This document shows, in pieces, positions 21,388 through 32,051 of a stretch of DNA of 64,000 nucleotides (positions within the stretch are counted from its first letter, which is position 1; the number at the start of each line of letters is the position of its first letter). The notes under the pieces are model-generated. The model was not told the DNA's origin. It saw only the letters and a list, made by a program, of their open reading frames with translations, and did no database searches. Origin of the DNA: an uncultured Clostridia bacterium (lineage in GTDB: Bacteria > Bacillota > Clostridia > TANB77 > CAG-508); assembly GCA_963556905.1 (NCBI GenBank), contig CAUWAY010000005.1:279-64278 (forward strand), written 5' to 3'. The position numbers and the translations under genes were made by a program.

Positions 21388-23775
21388 ATGAAAGAGAAAA
21401 ACGAATTAAGTTATAAAGACCTAAAAATGGTATGTAATAAAGATATGTTTCATTTTGAAACAACACAAGAATTAGAACCTGTAAATGATGGAATAGGACA
21501 AGAAAGAGGAATAAAAGCATTAGAATTTGGTGTAAATGTAGATGTAAAAGGTTATAACATATATTTGGAAGGACCAAGTGGAGTTGGAAAAACGATGTAT
21601 ACAAAAAATTATTTAGACAGCATTGCCAAAAAGAAAAAAATTCCAAATGACTGGTGTTATATATATAACTTCAAGAATCCAAATGAACCAATAGCAGTAT
21701 CATTACCAGCAGGACAAGGGAAAGAATTTAAAGAAGCAATGGATGGCTTTATACAAGAAGTAAAAAAAGACATAAAGAAAACATTTAATGCTGATGATTT
21801 TGAAAAAGAGAAAGCACTAATAAAAAGAGAATTTGAAGAAAAAAGAGAAGTTGTAATGAACAAGCTTAGTGAAGATTCACAAAAACATGGATTTCAAGTA
21901 AAATCAGCACAAAATGGTATATATATGATGCCAATAATAAATGGAAAAGTAGTACAAGAAGAAGAATTTGAACAACTAGAAACTTCAATAAAACAAGAAT
22001 ATGAAGAAAAATCAGTTATTGTTCAACAACAAATAATGGAAGCAATAAGCCAAATAAAACAAATAGAAAGACAATCAGACAAAAAAGTATCTGAATGGCA
22101 GTCAAATGTAGCATTGCTAACAGTAAATGCACACATTAATTTTATAAAATCAAAATATAAAAGAAACAAAAAGATAAATCAATTTTTAAATGATGTAAAA
22201 CAAGATGTATTAAAAAATGTGTCATATTTTTTAGAAGAAGAAAAAATAGAAAATCAACAACAAATGCAACAAGGTCCAACGCAAAGGAGACTAGATCCAT
22301 GTTTGAACTATAGAGTAAATTTATTTATAGATAATAGTAATCAAGAAGGATGTCCAGTAATTATGGATTCTAACTATACATTTCATAACTTATTTGGAAA
22401 ATTAGAATATGAAAATTATTATGGACAACTAAAAACAGATTATACAATGCTAAAACCAGGATTATTGCAAAAAGCAAATGGAGGATATATCATATTTCAA
22501 GCTAAAGATTTATTATCAAATGGAATATGTTATGAAGAACTAAAAAGAGTTTTAAGAATAAAAGAAATAGCAATAGATAATTCAATGGAGCAACGTTCAT
22601 CAATGGCAATGATATCATTAAAACCAGAACCAATTCCATTAGAATTAAAAGTAATATTAATCGGAAATGCAAATATATATCATACACTACTTTCGATGGA
22701 TTCGGATTTTAGAAAATTATTCAAAATAAAAGTTGAATTTGAAGAAACAGCACCTATAAATGAGCCAAATGTAAATAAATTAGCACAATTTGTTCATACA
22801 TTTTGTGAACAAGAAGAATTACCTCATTTAGATAGAGGAGCAATGGCGAGAATTGTAGAATACGCTTCAAAAATTGCAGGAGATAACAGCAAACTTTCAA
22901 CAAGATTTACAGAATTAGGTCAAGTTGTAGGAGAAGCTGGAACATGGGCAAAACTTGCAAAAGCAAAAGTAGTAACAGCAGAATTTATAGATAAAGCACT
23001 AGCAGAAAGAGTTGAAAGAATAAAAAAATATGATGAAAGATATATTGAAATGATAAAAGAAAATACACTTTTAATAAACACAAAAGGCTCATTAGTTGGA
23101 GAACTAAATGGATTAACAGTAATGACGATAGGAGATTACACATTTGGAAAACCAGCCAAAATCACTGTAAACACATATACAGGAAAACAAGGAGTAGTAA
23201 ATATTGAAAGAGAAGTTGAACTTTCTGGTTCTACACATTCAAAAGGTGTATATATTCTTTCAGGATATATAGGGCAACTATTTGCACAAGATATGCCATT
23301 ATGTTTAACTGCAAGTATATGTTTTGAACAATTATACAACGGAGTAGACGGAGACAGTGCATCAAGTACAGAATTATACGGACTACTTTCTAGTTTATCT
23401 GAAATACCAATCAAGCAATCAATTGCTGTAACAGGTTCAGTAAATCAGAAAGGTCAAATTCAACCAATAGGTGGAGTAAATGAAAAAATTGAAGGATTTT
23501 TTCAAATATGTCAAATGCGTGGCTTAGATGGAACACATGGTGTTATGATACCAATACAAAATGTTAATAATTTACAACTTTCAGATGAAGTTGTTGAAGC
23601 AGTAAAAAATAAAAAATTCCATATATATGCAATATCAAATATTGATGAAGGAATTGAAGTATTAACAGGAGTTCCAGCAGGGAAAAGAGACAAAGACGGA
23701 AAATTTCCAGCAGGAACTATAAATTATCTTGTTTATGAAAAATTAAAAAAATATGCAAAAGCATGTGAAGAATAA
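21388..23775 (+). CDS. Lon-related (LonC/archaeal-LonB-like) AAA+ serine protease
   Basis: Walker A GPSGVGKT (aa 62-69), a long charged helical insertion, and a C-terminal S16 protease domain with DGDSASS (catalytic Ser) and a downstream Lys (VNQKGQIQPIGGVNEKIEGF). Confidence 0.85.
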   Translation: MKEKNELSYKDLKMVCNKDMFHFETTQELEPVNDGIGQERGIKALEFGVNVDVKGYNIYLEGPSGVGKTMYTKNYLDSIAKKKKIPNDWCYIYNFKNPNEPIAVSLPAGQGKEFKEAMDGFIQEVKKDIKKTFNADDFEKEKALIKREFEEKREVVMNKLSEDSQKHGFQVKSAQNGIYMMPIINGKVVQEEEFEQLETSIKQEYEEKSVIVQQQIMEAISQIKQIERQSDKKVSEWQSNVALLTVNAHINFIKSKYKRNKKINQFLNDVKQDVLKNVSYFLEEEKIENQQQMQQGPTQRRLDPCLNYRVNLFIDNSNQEGCPVIMDSNYTFHNLFGKLEYENYYGQLKTDYTMLKPGLLQKANGGYIIFQAKDLLSNGICYEELKRVLRIKEIAIDNSMEQRSSMAMISLKPEPIPLELKVILIGNANIYHTLLSMDSDFRKLFKIKVEFEETAPINEPNVNKLAQFVHTFCEQEELPHLDRGAMARIVEYASKIAGDNSKLSTRFTELGQVVGEAGTWAKLAKAKVVTAEFIDKALAERVERIKKYDERYIEMIKENTLLINTKGSLVGELNGLTVMTIGDYTFGKPAKITVNTYTGKQGVVNIEREVELSGSTHSKGVYILSGYIGQLFAQDMPLCLTASICFEQLYNGVDGDSASSTELYGLLSSLSEIPIKQSIAVTGSVNQKGQIQPIGGVNEKIEGFFQICQMRGLDGTHGVMIPIQNVNNLQLSDEVVEAVKNKKFHIYAISNIDEGIEVLTGVPAGKRDKDGKFPAGTINYLVYEKLKKYAKACEE

Positions 23776-23843
23776 AAAGTAAAACCGGTTATTAGACTAT
23801 ATGTTTAATACTGGTTTCTAGATTTTTTAGTATGGAGGTCATA

Positions 23844-24710
23844 ATGAAAGAACAGGAATATAAAATAGAAAATATAAAATCATTTGAATTAGAAGACATA
23901 TTTGACTGTGGCCAATGCTTCAGGTGGAATAAAAGAGAAGATGGAAGCTATACAGGTATATTTAAAGATAATGTAATAAATGTGCAAAAAAAAGAAAACG
24001 CAGTTATTTTTAAAGGAATATGTAATGGAGATATAAAAGAAATTGTAGAAGATTATTTTGACCTTAAACGTGATTATGAAATCATAAAAGAAAAGTTATC
24101 AAAGATAGATGAAAATATAAAAACAAGTATAGAATATGGAAAAGGAATAAGGATATTAAACCAAGATTTGTGGGAAATGATAATTTCATTCATAATTTCA
24201 GCAAATAATAACATACCAAGAATAAAGGGAATAATAGAAAGACTATCAAAAGCATATGGTAGAGAAATTGAATGGAATGGACAGAAGTATTATACATTTC
24301 CTAAACCTGAAGAACTAAAAAATGTAAAACCTGAAGACTATAGAAATTTAGGAGCAGGATTTAGAGATGTGCGTTTATATGAGACTGTACATGCTGTATT
24401 AGACAAAAAAGTAGACTTAGAGAAAATGCAAGAAAACCCTAATACAATAGAAGTAAGAGAAGAACTTTTAACTTTATCAGGTGTTGGCCCAAAAGTTGCA
24501 GATTGTATTTTACTGTTTTCAACACTAAAGAGATTTGAAGTTTTTCCAATTGATGTTTGGGTAAGACGTGTAATGAATGAACTATATATAAAAAATGAAG
24601 ATGAAACAAAAGTAAATAAAAAAGAAATAGAAAAATTGGCACGAGAAAAATTTGGAAATCTTGCAGGAATTGCACAGCAATATTTATTTTATTGGAAAAG
24701 AGAAGCGTAA
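23844..24710 (+). CDS. ogg: 8-oxoguanine DNA glycosylase (clostridial Ogg type, HhH-GPD)
   Basis: LSGVGPKVADCILLF (HhH with catalytic Lys) and PIDVWV (Asp). Size of about 290 aa matches clostridial Ogg. ATG 23844 lies 5 nt after GGAGG. Confidence 0.85.
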   Translation: MKEQEYKIENIKSFELEDIFDCGQCFRWNKREDGSYTGIFKDNVINVQKKENAVIFKGICNGDIKEIVEDYFDLKRDYEIIKEKLSKIDENIKTSIEYGKGIRILNQDLWEMIISFIISANNNIPRIKGIIERLSKAYGREIEWNGQKYYTFPKPEELKNVKPEDYRNLGAGFRDVRLYETVHAVLDKKVDLEKMQENPNTIEVREELLTLSGVGPKVADCILLFSTLKRFEVFPIDVWVRRVMNELYIKNEDETKVNKKEIEKLAREKFGNLAGIAQQYLFYWKREA

Positions 24711-24750
24711 AAATATAGCCAGTATCAAATTTAGATACTAGCTATATTTT
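24711..24750. terminator. Bidirectional terminator between convergent ogg and leuS
   Basis: aaatatagccagtatc / gatactagctatattt, about a 15-bp stem with one mismatch, A-run on the left and T-run on the right. Confidence 0.8.
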
Positions 24751-24753
24751 TTA

Positions 24754-27165
24754 TTATTTTACTACTACATTATAAATTTTATTTTTTACATAAATTTCTT
24801 TAACAATAGATTTTCCGTCAAGTTTATCATTTAAAACAGAGTGAACTTTTTCCTTAACAGAAGCTTCATCTTCATCTAAAGAAATCTTAATAGTACATTT
24901 TAATTTTCCATTAACTTGAACAGGAACTTCTACTTCATCATCTATAGTCTTACTTTCATCATATTCAGGCCAAGAATATGTAGAAATATCTTCTTCAAAT
25001 CCTGCTAATTTATTTAATTCTTCAGTAATATGAGGTGCAAAAGGATTTAATAAAGTTAAAAATGTTTTGAATTCAGCTTTATTAACATGTTTTAATTTAA
25101 TAAATTCATTTACCATAGTCATAAATGTAGAAATACAAGTATTAAATTTCATATCTTCTACATCATTAGAAATTTTCTTTATAGCTTTATGCATCATTTT
25201 TTCATGTTCTTTTGAATAAGCATTACCATCTACTAAAATATTTTGTAAATTCCAAACTTTATCTAAAAACTTAAAACATCCTCTAATACTATCCATAGAC
25301 CAACTTGCTGTTTGATCAAAAGGCCCCATAAACATTTCATAAACTCTAAAAGTATCTGCACCAAATTCATTTATAATGTCATCAGGATTAATAACATTAC
25401 CTTTAGACTTTGACATTTTTTCACCATTTGAACCTAAAATCATACCATGTGAAGTACGTTTTGCATAAGGTTCTTTAGTTGGAACAACTCCAATATCATA
25501 TAAAAATTTATGCCAAAATCTTGAATATAATAAATGAAGTGTTGTATGTTCCATTCCTCCATTATACCAATCAACAGGAGACCAATATTCAAGAGCTTCT
25601 TTTGAAGCTAAAGCATCATGATTATGTGGGTCCATATATCTTAGAAAATACCAAGAAGAACCAGCCCACTGAGGCATTGTGTCTGTTTCTCTTTTTGCAA
25701 GTTTACCACATTGTGGACAAATTGTATTAATCCATTCAGTTTGCTTTGCAAGAGGGGATTCTCCATTTTCACCAGGCAAGAAATCTTCAACTTCAGGAAG
25801 AGTTAAAGGTAAATCTTTTTCATCAATAGGAACCCAACCACAATGCTCACAATAAACCATTGGAATAGGTTCTCCCCAATATCTTTGGCGAGAAAATACC
25901 CAGTCACGAAGCTTATAATTAACTTTTTTAGTTCCTATTTTATTTTCTTCAAGATATTTTATAACTTTTTCTTTTGCATCTTTTACAGATAAGCCTGATA
26001 GAAATCCAGAATTTATAGAAATTCCAGTTTCTACATCTGTAAATGGTAATTCCACATTTGAATTATTTGTAGGAGCTACTACTTGAATTATTGGTAAATT
26101 AAATTTACTTGCAAATTCAAAATCTCTTGTATCATGTGCTGGAACAGCCATTATAGCACCAGTTCCATATGAAGATAAAACATAATCTGAAGTCCAAATT
26201 GGAATTTCTTTATTTGTTAAAGGATTAATAGCTTTAATTCCTTTTATTTCAATACCAGTTTTGTCTTTATTCATTTCGCCACGTTCAAAATCTGATTTTA
26301 AAGCAGACTTATGCTGATAATCTTTAATTTCATCTAAGTTTGTAATTTTATATGCAAACTTTTCTATTAACTTATGTTCAGGAGCAACAACCATATATGT
26401 AGCACCAAATAAAGTGTCAGGTCTTGTTGTATAAACAAGTAATTCATCATCAGTGCCAACAATTTTAAATTTTACTTCTGCACCTTCACTACGTCCTATC
26501 CAATTACGTTGTTGTATTTTAATTTTTTCTAAGAAATTAACATCATCTAAATCATCTACTAATCTTTGAGCATAATCAGTAATTTTTAGCATCCATTGAG
26601 ATTTTTCTTTTTGAACAACAGGACTTCCACATCTTTCACAAGCACCGTTTACAACTTCTTCATTTGCTAAACCTACTTTACAGCCAGTGCAAAAATTAAT
26701 AGGCATAGTTGCTTTATAAGCTAATCCTTTTTTATATAATTGAATGAAAATCCATTGAGTCCATTTATAATATTCAGGGTCAGTTGTATCTACTACTCTT
26801 GACCAATCAAATGAAAAACCAACAGATTTTAGTTGTTCTGTAAAATGTTCTATATTTTTCGCTGTTGTGATTTTTGGATGTACATTAGTTTTAATTGCAT
26901 AATTTTCAGCAGGTAATCCAAAAGCATCAAAACCAATAGGAAATAGTACATTATAACCTTGTAACCTTCTTTTTCTTGCTATTATATCTAATGCTGTATA
27001 ACTACGAGGATGCCCTACATGTAACCCTTGACCAGATGGGTAAGGGAACTCTATTAGACCATACCATTTCTTTTGATTTTTGTAATCAGTACTTGCACTA
27101 AAAGTACCTTCTTTTTCCCACTTATTTTGCCATTTTTGTTCAATTTCTTTAAAATTATATGCCAT
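24754..27165 (-). CDS. leuS: Leucine-tRNA ligase
   Basis: [13 protein letters not shown] (HIGH) and KMSKSKGN (KMSKS); 803 aa. Confidence 0.97.
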   Translation of the reverse strand: MAYNFKEIEQKWQNKWEKEGTFSASTDYKNQKKWYGLIEFPYPSGQGLHVGHPRSYTALDIIARKRRLQGYNVLFPIGFDAFGLPAENYAIKTNVHPKITTAKNIEHFTEQLKSVGFSFDWSRVVDTTDPEYYKWTQWIFIQLYKKGLAYKATMPINFCTGCKVGLANEEVVNGACERCGSPVVQKEKSQWMLKITDYAQRLVDDLDDVNFLEKIKIQQRNWIGRSEGAEVKFKIVGTDDELLVYTTRPDTLFGATYMVVAPEHKLIEKFAYKITNLDEIKDYQHKSALKSDFERGEMNKDKTGIEIKGIKAINPLTNKEIPIWTSDYVLSSYGTGAIMAVPAHDTRDFEFASKFNLPIIQVVAPTNNSNVELPFTDVETGISINSGFLSGLSVKDAKEKVIKYLEENKIGTKKVNYKLRDWVFSRQRYWGEPIPMVYCEHCGWVPIDEKDLPLTLPEVEDFLPGENGESPLAKQTEWINTICPQCGKLAKRETDTMPQWAGSSWYFLRYMDPHNHDALASKEALEYWSPVDWYNGGMEHTTLHLLYSRFWHKFLYDIGVVPTKEPYAKRTSHGMILGSNGEKMSKSKGNVINPDDIINEFGADTFRVYEMFMGPFDQTASWSMDSIRGCFKFLDKVWNLQNILVDGNAYSKEHEKMMHKAIKKISNDVEDMKFNTCISTFMTMVNEFIKLKHVNKAEFKTFLTLLNPFAPHITEELNKLAGFEEDISTYSWPEYDESKTIDDEVEVPVQVNGKLKCTIKISLDEDEASVKEKVHSVLNDKLDGKSIVKEIYVKNKIYNVVVK

Positions 27166-27236
27166 GTTAAAATCCTTTCTTTAAGCAAAATAAAGTATAT
27201 AATTATTTTGCTTACATAATATAATTTAATATATTG

Positions 27237-27265
27237 ATTATACTAGCAAAAAGGCTAAAAGTCAA
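27237..27265 (-). promoter_or_regulatory. Sigma-A-type promoter of leuS (minus strand)
   Basis: The minus strand reads TTGACT-N17-TATAAT, which leaves only about 65 nt of leader. Confidence 0.6.
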
Positions 27266-27340
27266 CGAAAATTGCAATAATAAAATAAAAAGTATATAAA
27301 AATTTACTATTATGAAATATATAAAAAAGTCCTAAAACTC

Positions 27341-27369
27341 TTGATAAAAAAGCAAAAAAAATATATAAT
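27341..27369 (+). promoter_or_regulatory. Sigma-A-type promoter of the HD-topB-ORF590-mfd-trmH-like operon
   Basis: TTGATA-N17-TATAAT. Confidence 0.65.
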
Positions 27370-27441
27370 ATAAAAAGCAAAAAGGTTGAACGAAATAATT
27401 CAGCCTGTTTTATGTATTATTAACTAAGAGAGGAACAAAAA

Positions 27442-28215
27442 TTGAGTATAGATATAGAAAAGGCAAAAAAAATACTAAAAAAATATATAGAAAAATATGA
27501 TATAGAAAATTCAAGAATACAAATAAAAGCAAACCATATTTATAGAGTAGCGGAAAAAAGTAAAAAAATAGCACAGAACATTGGATTAAAAGAAGAAGAT
27601 GTAAAATTAGCAGAACTAATAGGACTATTACATGATATTGGAAGATTTGAACAAATAAAAAAATATAATACATTTGCAGATAGAATGAGTGAAGACCATG
27701 CAGAACTTGGAATAAAAGTATTACTAGAAAACAATTTCTTAAATGAATTTTTAGAAGACAAAAGTGAACAAGAAATATTAATAAAAGCAATAAGAAATCA
27801 TAATAAATATAAAATTCAAGAAAAATTAAATAAACAAGAATTATTACATGCAAAAATAATAAGAGATGCAGACAAACTAGACATATATGAAGTTATAATA
27901 AAAGCAAATATAGAAGATTCATCATGGTTTAAAAGTGAAAACATTGATGAAGAAAAATTAAATAACAAAATGTATGAAGACTTTATAAACCAAAGACCAA
28001 TATTATATGAAAACATGAAAAATAGTGTAGACCAAATTGTAACATGGATAGCATACATATATGATTTGAATTTCCCAATAAGTTTAAAAATAGTAAAAAA
28101 GAATGAATACATAAATAAATTAGTAAAAAAAATAAACTATAAAGATGAACAAACAAAGCAAAGAATGGAACAAATAGAAAAACAAGCAGAAGAATATATA
28201 AAAAAGCAAATATAA
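27442..28215 (+). CDS. HD-domain metal-dependent phosphohydrolase
   Basis: LLHDIGRFEQ (HD dyad), a later H...H, and RDADKLD. TTG start 7 nt after AGAGAGGA. Confidence 0.8.
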   Translation: MSIDIEKAKKILKKYIEKYDIENSRIQIKANHIYRVAEKSKKIAQNIGLKEEDVKLAELIGLLHDIGRFEQIKKYNTFADRMSEDHAELGIKVLLENNFLNEFLEDKSEQEILIKAIRNHNKYKIQEKLNKQELLHAKIIRDADKLDIYEVIIKANIEDSSWFKSENIDEEKLNNKMYEDFINQRPILYENMKNSVDQIVTWIAYIYDLNFPISLKIVKKNEYINKLVKKINYKDEQTKQRMEQIEKQAEEYIKKQI

Positions 28216-28239
28216 AAAATACAAGAAAGGAGAAACTAA

Positions 28240-30210
28240 ATGTCCAAAAAACTAATAATAACAGAAAAGCCATCTGTAGCAATGGAATTTGCAAAAGTAT
28301 TAAAAATAAATACAAACAGAAAAAATGGATATATAGAATCAAATCAGTGGATAATAACTTGGTGTGTAGGGCATTTAGTAACAATGAGCTACCCAGAAGA
28401 ATATGATGAAAAGTTAAAATTTTGGAGACTAGACACATTACCATTCATACCACAAGAATGGAAATATGAAATAATACCAGCAGTTCAAAACCAATTTAAA
28501 ATAGTTCAAAGTTTATTACAAAGAGAAGATGTAGAAGAAATATATAATGCTGGAGACTCTGGAAGAGAAGGAGAATACATACAAAGGTTAGTATTTATGA
28601 TGGCAAAACCAAACCCAAAAGCAAAAATAAAAAGAGTTTGGATAGATTCACAAACAGAAGAAGAAATATTAAGAGGAATAAAAGAAGCAAAAGACCAAAG
28701 TGAATATGACAGTCTATCTGATTCAGCTTATTTAAGAGCAAAGGAAGACTATTTAATAGGAATAAATTTTTCAAGACTATTATCAATAATATATGGAAAA
28801 AAAGTTGCAAAAGAAATAAATGAAGAAAAAGTTTCAATATCAGTAGGAAGAGTAATGACATGTGTTTTAGGAATGATAGTAGAAAAAGAAAGAGAAATAA
28901 GAAATTTTGTAAAAACAAAATATTATAAAATAGTAGGAGAATTTGGAAAAGAAGAAGGGGAATTTAAAGCAGAGTGGAAAGTAAATGAAAAATCCCAAAT
29001 GTTTGAAAGTCCCAAATTATATAATGAAAGTGGATTCAAGAAAGAAGATGATGCAAAACAACTAATTAATAATTTAGCTGGAAAAAAAGCAATAATAACT
29101 GAACTAAAAAAAGTAAAGCAAAAAGAAAATGCACCACTACTATTTAATTTAGCAGAAATTCAGAATGAATGTACAAAAAGATTTAAAATAAAGCCAGACG
29201 AAACACTAGAAATAATTCAAAACTTATATGAAAAAAAATTAGTAACATATCCTAGAACAGATGCAAGAGTACTATCTAGTAGTGTAGCAAAAGAAATTTC
29301 GAAAAACTTAAATGGATTAGTAAAAGGATATAAAGATGAAGAAACACAAAAACTTTTAAATAAAATGATAACTGAAAAATATTCAACAAATTTAATAAAG
29401 ACGAAATATGTAAATGATAGTAAAATAACAGACCATTATGCGATAATTCCAACAGGGCAAGGATATGAAAATTTTGAAAAATTACCAGAATTACAAAAAA
29501 ATATATACAATGTGATAGTAAAGAGATTTATTGCAATATTTTATCCACCAGCAGAGTATAATAAAATAACATTAACAATAGAAGTAGAAAATGAAACATT
29601 TAATTCAAGTGGAAAAATATGCACAAATCAAGGATATTTAGAAGTATTAAAACCACAAAATAAGCCGAAACAATACACAGAAAAAGACCCAAATGTGGAA
29701 AAAAACATAAAAAATACAATAACTAGCGAAGAAATAGAAAATAATTTAGAAATATTAAAAAATTTAAAAAAAGGTCAAGAAGTAATTGTAAAAAACTATG
29801 AAATAAAAGATGCAGAAACATCACCTCCAGCAAGATATAATTCAGGTTCAATAATACTTGCTATGGAAAATGCAGGAAAATTAATTGAAGAAGAAGAACT
29901 AAGAGAACAAATAAAAGGTGCAGGAATAGGAACAAGTGCAACAAGAGGAGAAATAATAAAAAAATTAGAAAAAATAAAATATATAGAAATAAATTCAAAA
30001 ACGCAAATAGTAACACCAACAAAAAAAGGTGAAGTAATATATGATGTAGTAAAATACTCTATGTCAGATATGCTTAATCCAAAACTTACAGCAAGTTGGG
30101 AAAAAGGACTAGACATGGTAGCAAAAAAAGAAATAAAATCAAATGAATTCATGACAAAATTAGAAGCATATATAAATTCAAAATTTAATAAATTAGTAAT
30201 AAAAAGATAA
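28240..30210 (+). CDS. topB: DNA topoisomerase III
   Basis: Toprim N-terminus KLIITEKPSVA, WCVGHL, TYPRTDA (active-site Tyr region), about 650 aa, no C-terminal Zn ribbons. Confidence 0.92.
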   Translation: MSKKLIITEKPSVAMEFAKVLKINTNRKNGYIESNQWIITWCVGHLVTMSYPEEYDEKLKFWRLDTLPFIPQEWKYEIIPAVQNQFKIVQSLLQREDVEEIYNAGDSGREGEYIQRLVFMMAKPNPKAKIKRVWIDSQTEEEILRGIKEAKDQSEYDSLSDSAYLRAKEDYLIGINFSRLLSIIYGKKVAKEINEEKVSISVGRVMTCVLGMIVEKEREIRNFVKTKYYKIVGEFGKEEGEFKAEWKVNEKSQMFESPKLYNESGFKKEDDAKQLINNLAGKKAIITELKKVKQKENAPLLFNLAEIQNECTKRFKIKPDETLEIIQNLYEKKLVTYPRTDARVLSSSVAKEISKNLNGLVKGYKDEETQKLLNKMITEKYSTNLIKTKYVNDSKITDHYAIIPTGQGYENFEKLPELQKNIYNVIVKRFIAIFYPPAEYNKITLTIEVENETFNSSGKICTNQGYLEVLKPQNKPKQYTEKDPNVEKNIKNTITSEEIENNLEILKNLKKGQEVIVKNYEIKDAETSPPARYNSGSIILAMENAGKLIEEEELREQIKGAGIGTSATRGEIIKKLEKIKYIEINSKTQIVTPTKKGEVIYDVVKYSMSDMLNPKLTASWEKGLDMVAKKEIKSNEFMTKLEAYINSKFNKLVIKR

Positions 30211-30225
30211 AGGAAAGAAGAAAAA

Positions 30226-31998
30226 GTGGAAAATGAATTTAATAAACTATTGAGAATATCAATACAAACAAGTAGAAATAAATCACTTGGAAATATAGAA
30301 GAATTTCAAAAAAATGCAGAAATAGTAAAAAAACGTTTATTACAAGAATATGAAAAAAATCCAAATGCGGCAGAAGAAGATATAAGAGAAGAAGTAGAAG
30401 ATTTCGTAGAAAAAATATCTAAAGAAACAACAATGTTAAAAGACTTTAGAAGTGACATTTTAAGAAGAAATGCGATTCAATATTTGCAAAAACATCCAAA
30501 TGAATTAGAAAATGAATATAAAAAGATAAATGAAAGTGAAAGAAAAAGTGGAAAACAAGTAGTATGCCCTAATGTAATAATATATAGTTCTAATAGAAAA
30601 AAAGCGATAAGACAAGTAATTGTAGAAATTTTATCTAGCATTAGAATGGAAATAGAACAATTAGATGACAGAATTGTAGAAATAATAAAATACGGAAACA
30701 TAAATGACATAGAAAAATTAAGAAAAAAACTAACTGCCAAAAATCCTTCAAGACAAGACAGAAAAGCAACAGACAGAATAATAAATATGATAAGAACAGA
30801 TTCAGAACTAGAAAAAATAAAATATGATTTTAAAGAAACATATAACTTAGAATCTACAGACAAAGAACTAAAAGATGACTTAGTACAAGCAATTTTAAAA
30901 TCAGTAGAATTATTAGATCAATTTGAAACAATTGACACATATTTTAATAGACAAAATGTTTCTAACTCACAAATGGGAATTGATGAATTTGACTTAGACC
31001 CAAATAAAATATTTGATGAACAATACTTAAAAAAACAAGGAGTATCAAAATTATTAGCATTATATGCTTTTTGGAATAACCGTTTAGTAAAAGAAACTAT
31101 AAAATTTTATAAAACATATTATATGATGTATGAACTTGGACTTGATAAAAAATCAAACTTAAATAAAGAAAACGTAACACAAGACATTACTAAAGATGAT
31201 ATGGAAATGCTAAGAATAAAAACAGCATTATTAGAAATAAAAACAACAGAATTATTCAATAAATACAGAAAAAGAAATGAAAGATCTGTTGTAATTACTG
31301 ATGATTTAGAACAATTAAAAAAACAATATGGAGAAGAATATAAAAAATATTTTTTAAAGATAGGTGGATTTTCAAAAACAAATAATGATTTTGAAGATGA
31401 TTTTACACTATATTTAAGATATGAAAATACAGTTAAAAATTTATATGAGCAGAAAGACTATACAATTATCGGAATGTTAGACCTATTATATAATGGAAAT
31501 ATATCTAATAATTGGGGAATAATAGAAGAAAACAAAAAATCTAAATATGTTCTAATAGGTGCAGACATTGAAGGATTAAATATGCCATTACGATTGCACA
31601 TAGAAAAAGATATAATAACAAAATATATAAGAGCCAGTCAAGGAAATTCATTAATACCAATATATTCAGGTAAAGACGATTTTAAAATCGGAGGAAAAAA
31701 TTTGGGAACATATGCATTAGCACCTTTAAACCAAGAACAAATAAAAAAAATACAACAAGCAAGCCAAAGAACTAGAGAAACAGATTATAGAGCAAAATTT
31801 ATCAAACACTTAAACTTTTTGACTAATACACAAAACTTTCCAGAGCACTTACAACAAAAAAGAACTGTAATAAAAAAAGGAAAAACCAAAACAAAATATG
31901 AAAGACAAATAGAATTTTTAGATATAGAAACACAAGAAAAATATATACAAAAAAAAGATGGAAATATGTATCCTAAAATCGAAGAAGAAGGAAGATAA
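30226..31998 (+). CDS. Hypothetical 590-aa protein, no recognisable domain
   Basis: Long ORF, 15 nt after topB and 53 nt before mfd, with the same compositional signature as neighbouring genes. GTG start after AAAGGAAAG. Confidence 0.7.
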   Translation: MENEFNKLLRISIQTSRNKSLGNIEEFQKNAEIVKKRLLQEYEKNPNAAEEDIREEVEDFVEKISKETTMLKDFRSDILRRNAIQYLQKHPNELENEYKKINESERKSGKQVVCPNVIIYSSNRKKAIRQVIVEILSSIRMEIEQLDDRIVEIIKYGNINDIEKLRKKLTAKNPSRQDRKATDRIINMIRTDSELEKIKYDFKETYNLESTDKELKDDLVQAILKSVELLDQFETIDTYFNRQNVSNSQMGIDEFDLDPNKIFDEQYLKKQGVSKLLALYAFWNNRLVKETIKFYKTYYMMYELGLDKKSNLNKENVTQDITKDDMEMLRIKTALLEIKTTELFNKYRKRNERSVVITDDLEQLKKQYGEEYKKYFLKIGGFSKTNNDFEDDFTLYLRYENTVKNLYEQKDYTIIGMLDLLYNGNISNNWGIIEENKKSKYVLIGADIEGLNMPLRLHIEKDIITKYIRASQGNSLIPIYSGKDDFKIGGKNLGTYALAPLNQEQIKKIQQASQRTRETDYRAKFIKHLNFLTNTQNFPEHLQQKRTVIKKGKTKTKYERQIEFLDIETQEKYIQKKDGNMYPKIEEEGR

Positions 31999-32051
31999 TA
32001 AAATACTTAAAAGATGATAGTCATAAAAATTAAGGAAGGAATGAAATAAAA

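Noticed and set aside
21388-23775. BREX BrxL interpretation of the Lon-like protease.
   Set aside because: No pglX, pglZ or brxA/B/C genes occur anywhere in the window. The flanks are rplS and ogg. The domain layout fits stand-alone LonC/Lon-related proteases equally well.
28240-30210. Topoisomerase III as a marker of an integrated conjugative element.
   Set aside because: No relaxase, coupling protein, T4SS, replication or integrase genes flank it. It is co-operonic with mfd under a housekeeping-type promoter.
32041-32049. Mini-ORF ATG-AAA-TAA between the SD and the mfd start codon.
   Set aside because: Three-codon ORFs arise easily by chance in this composition, and mfd has an acceptable SD spacing (12 nt) without invoking reinitiation.
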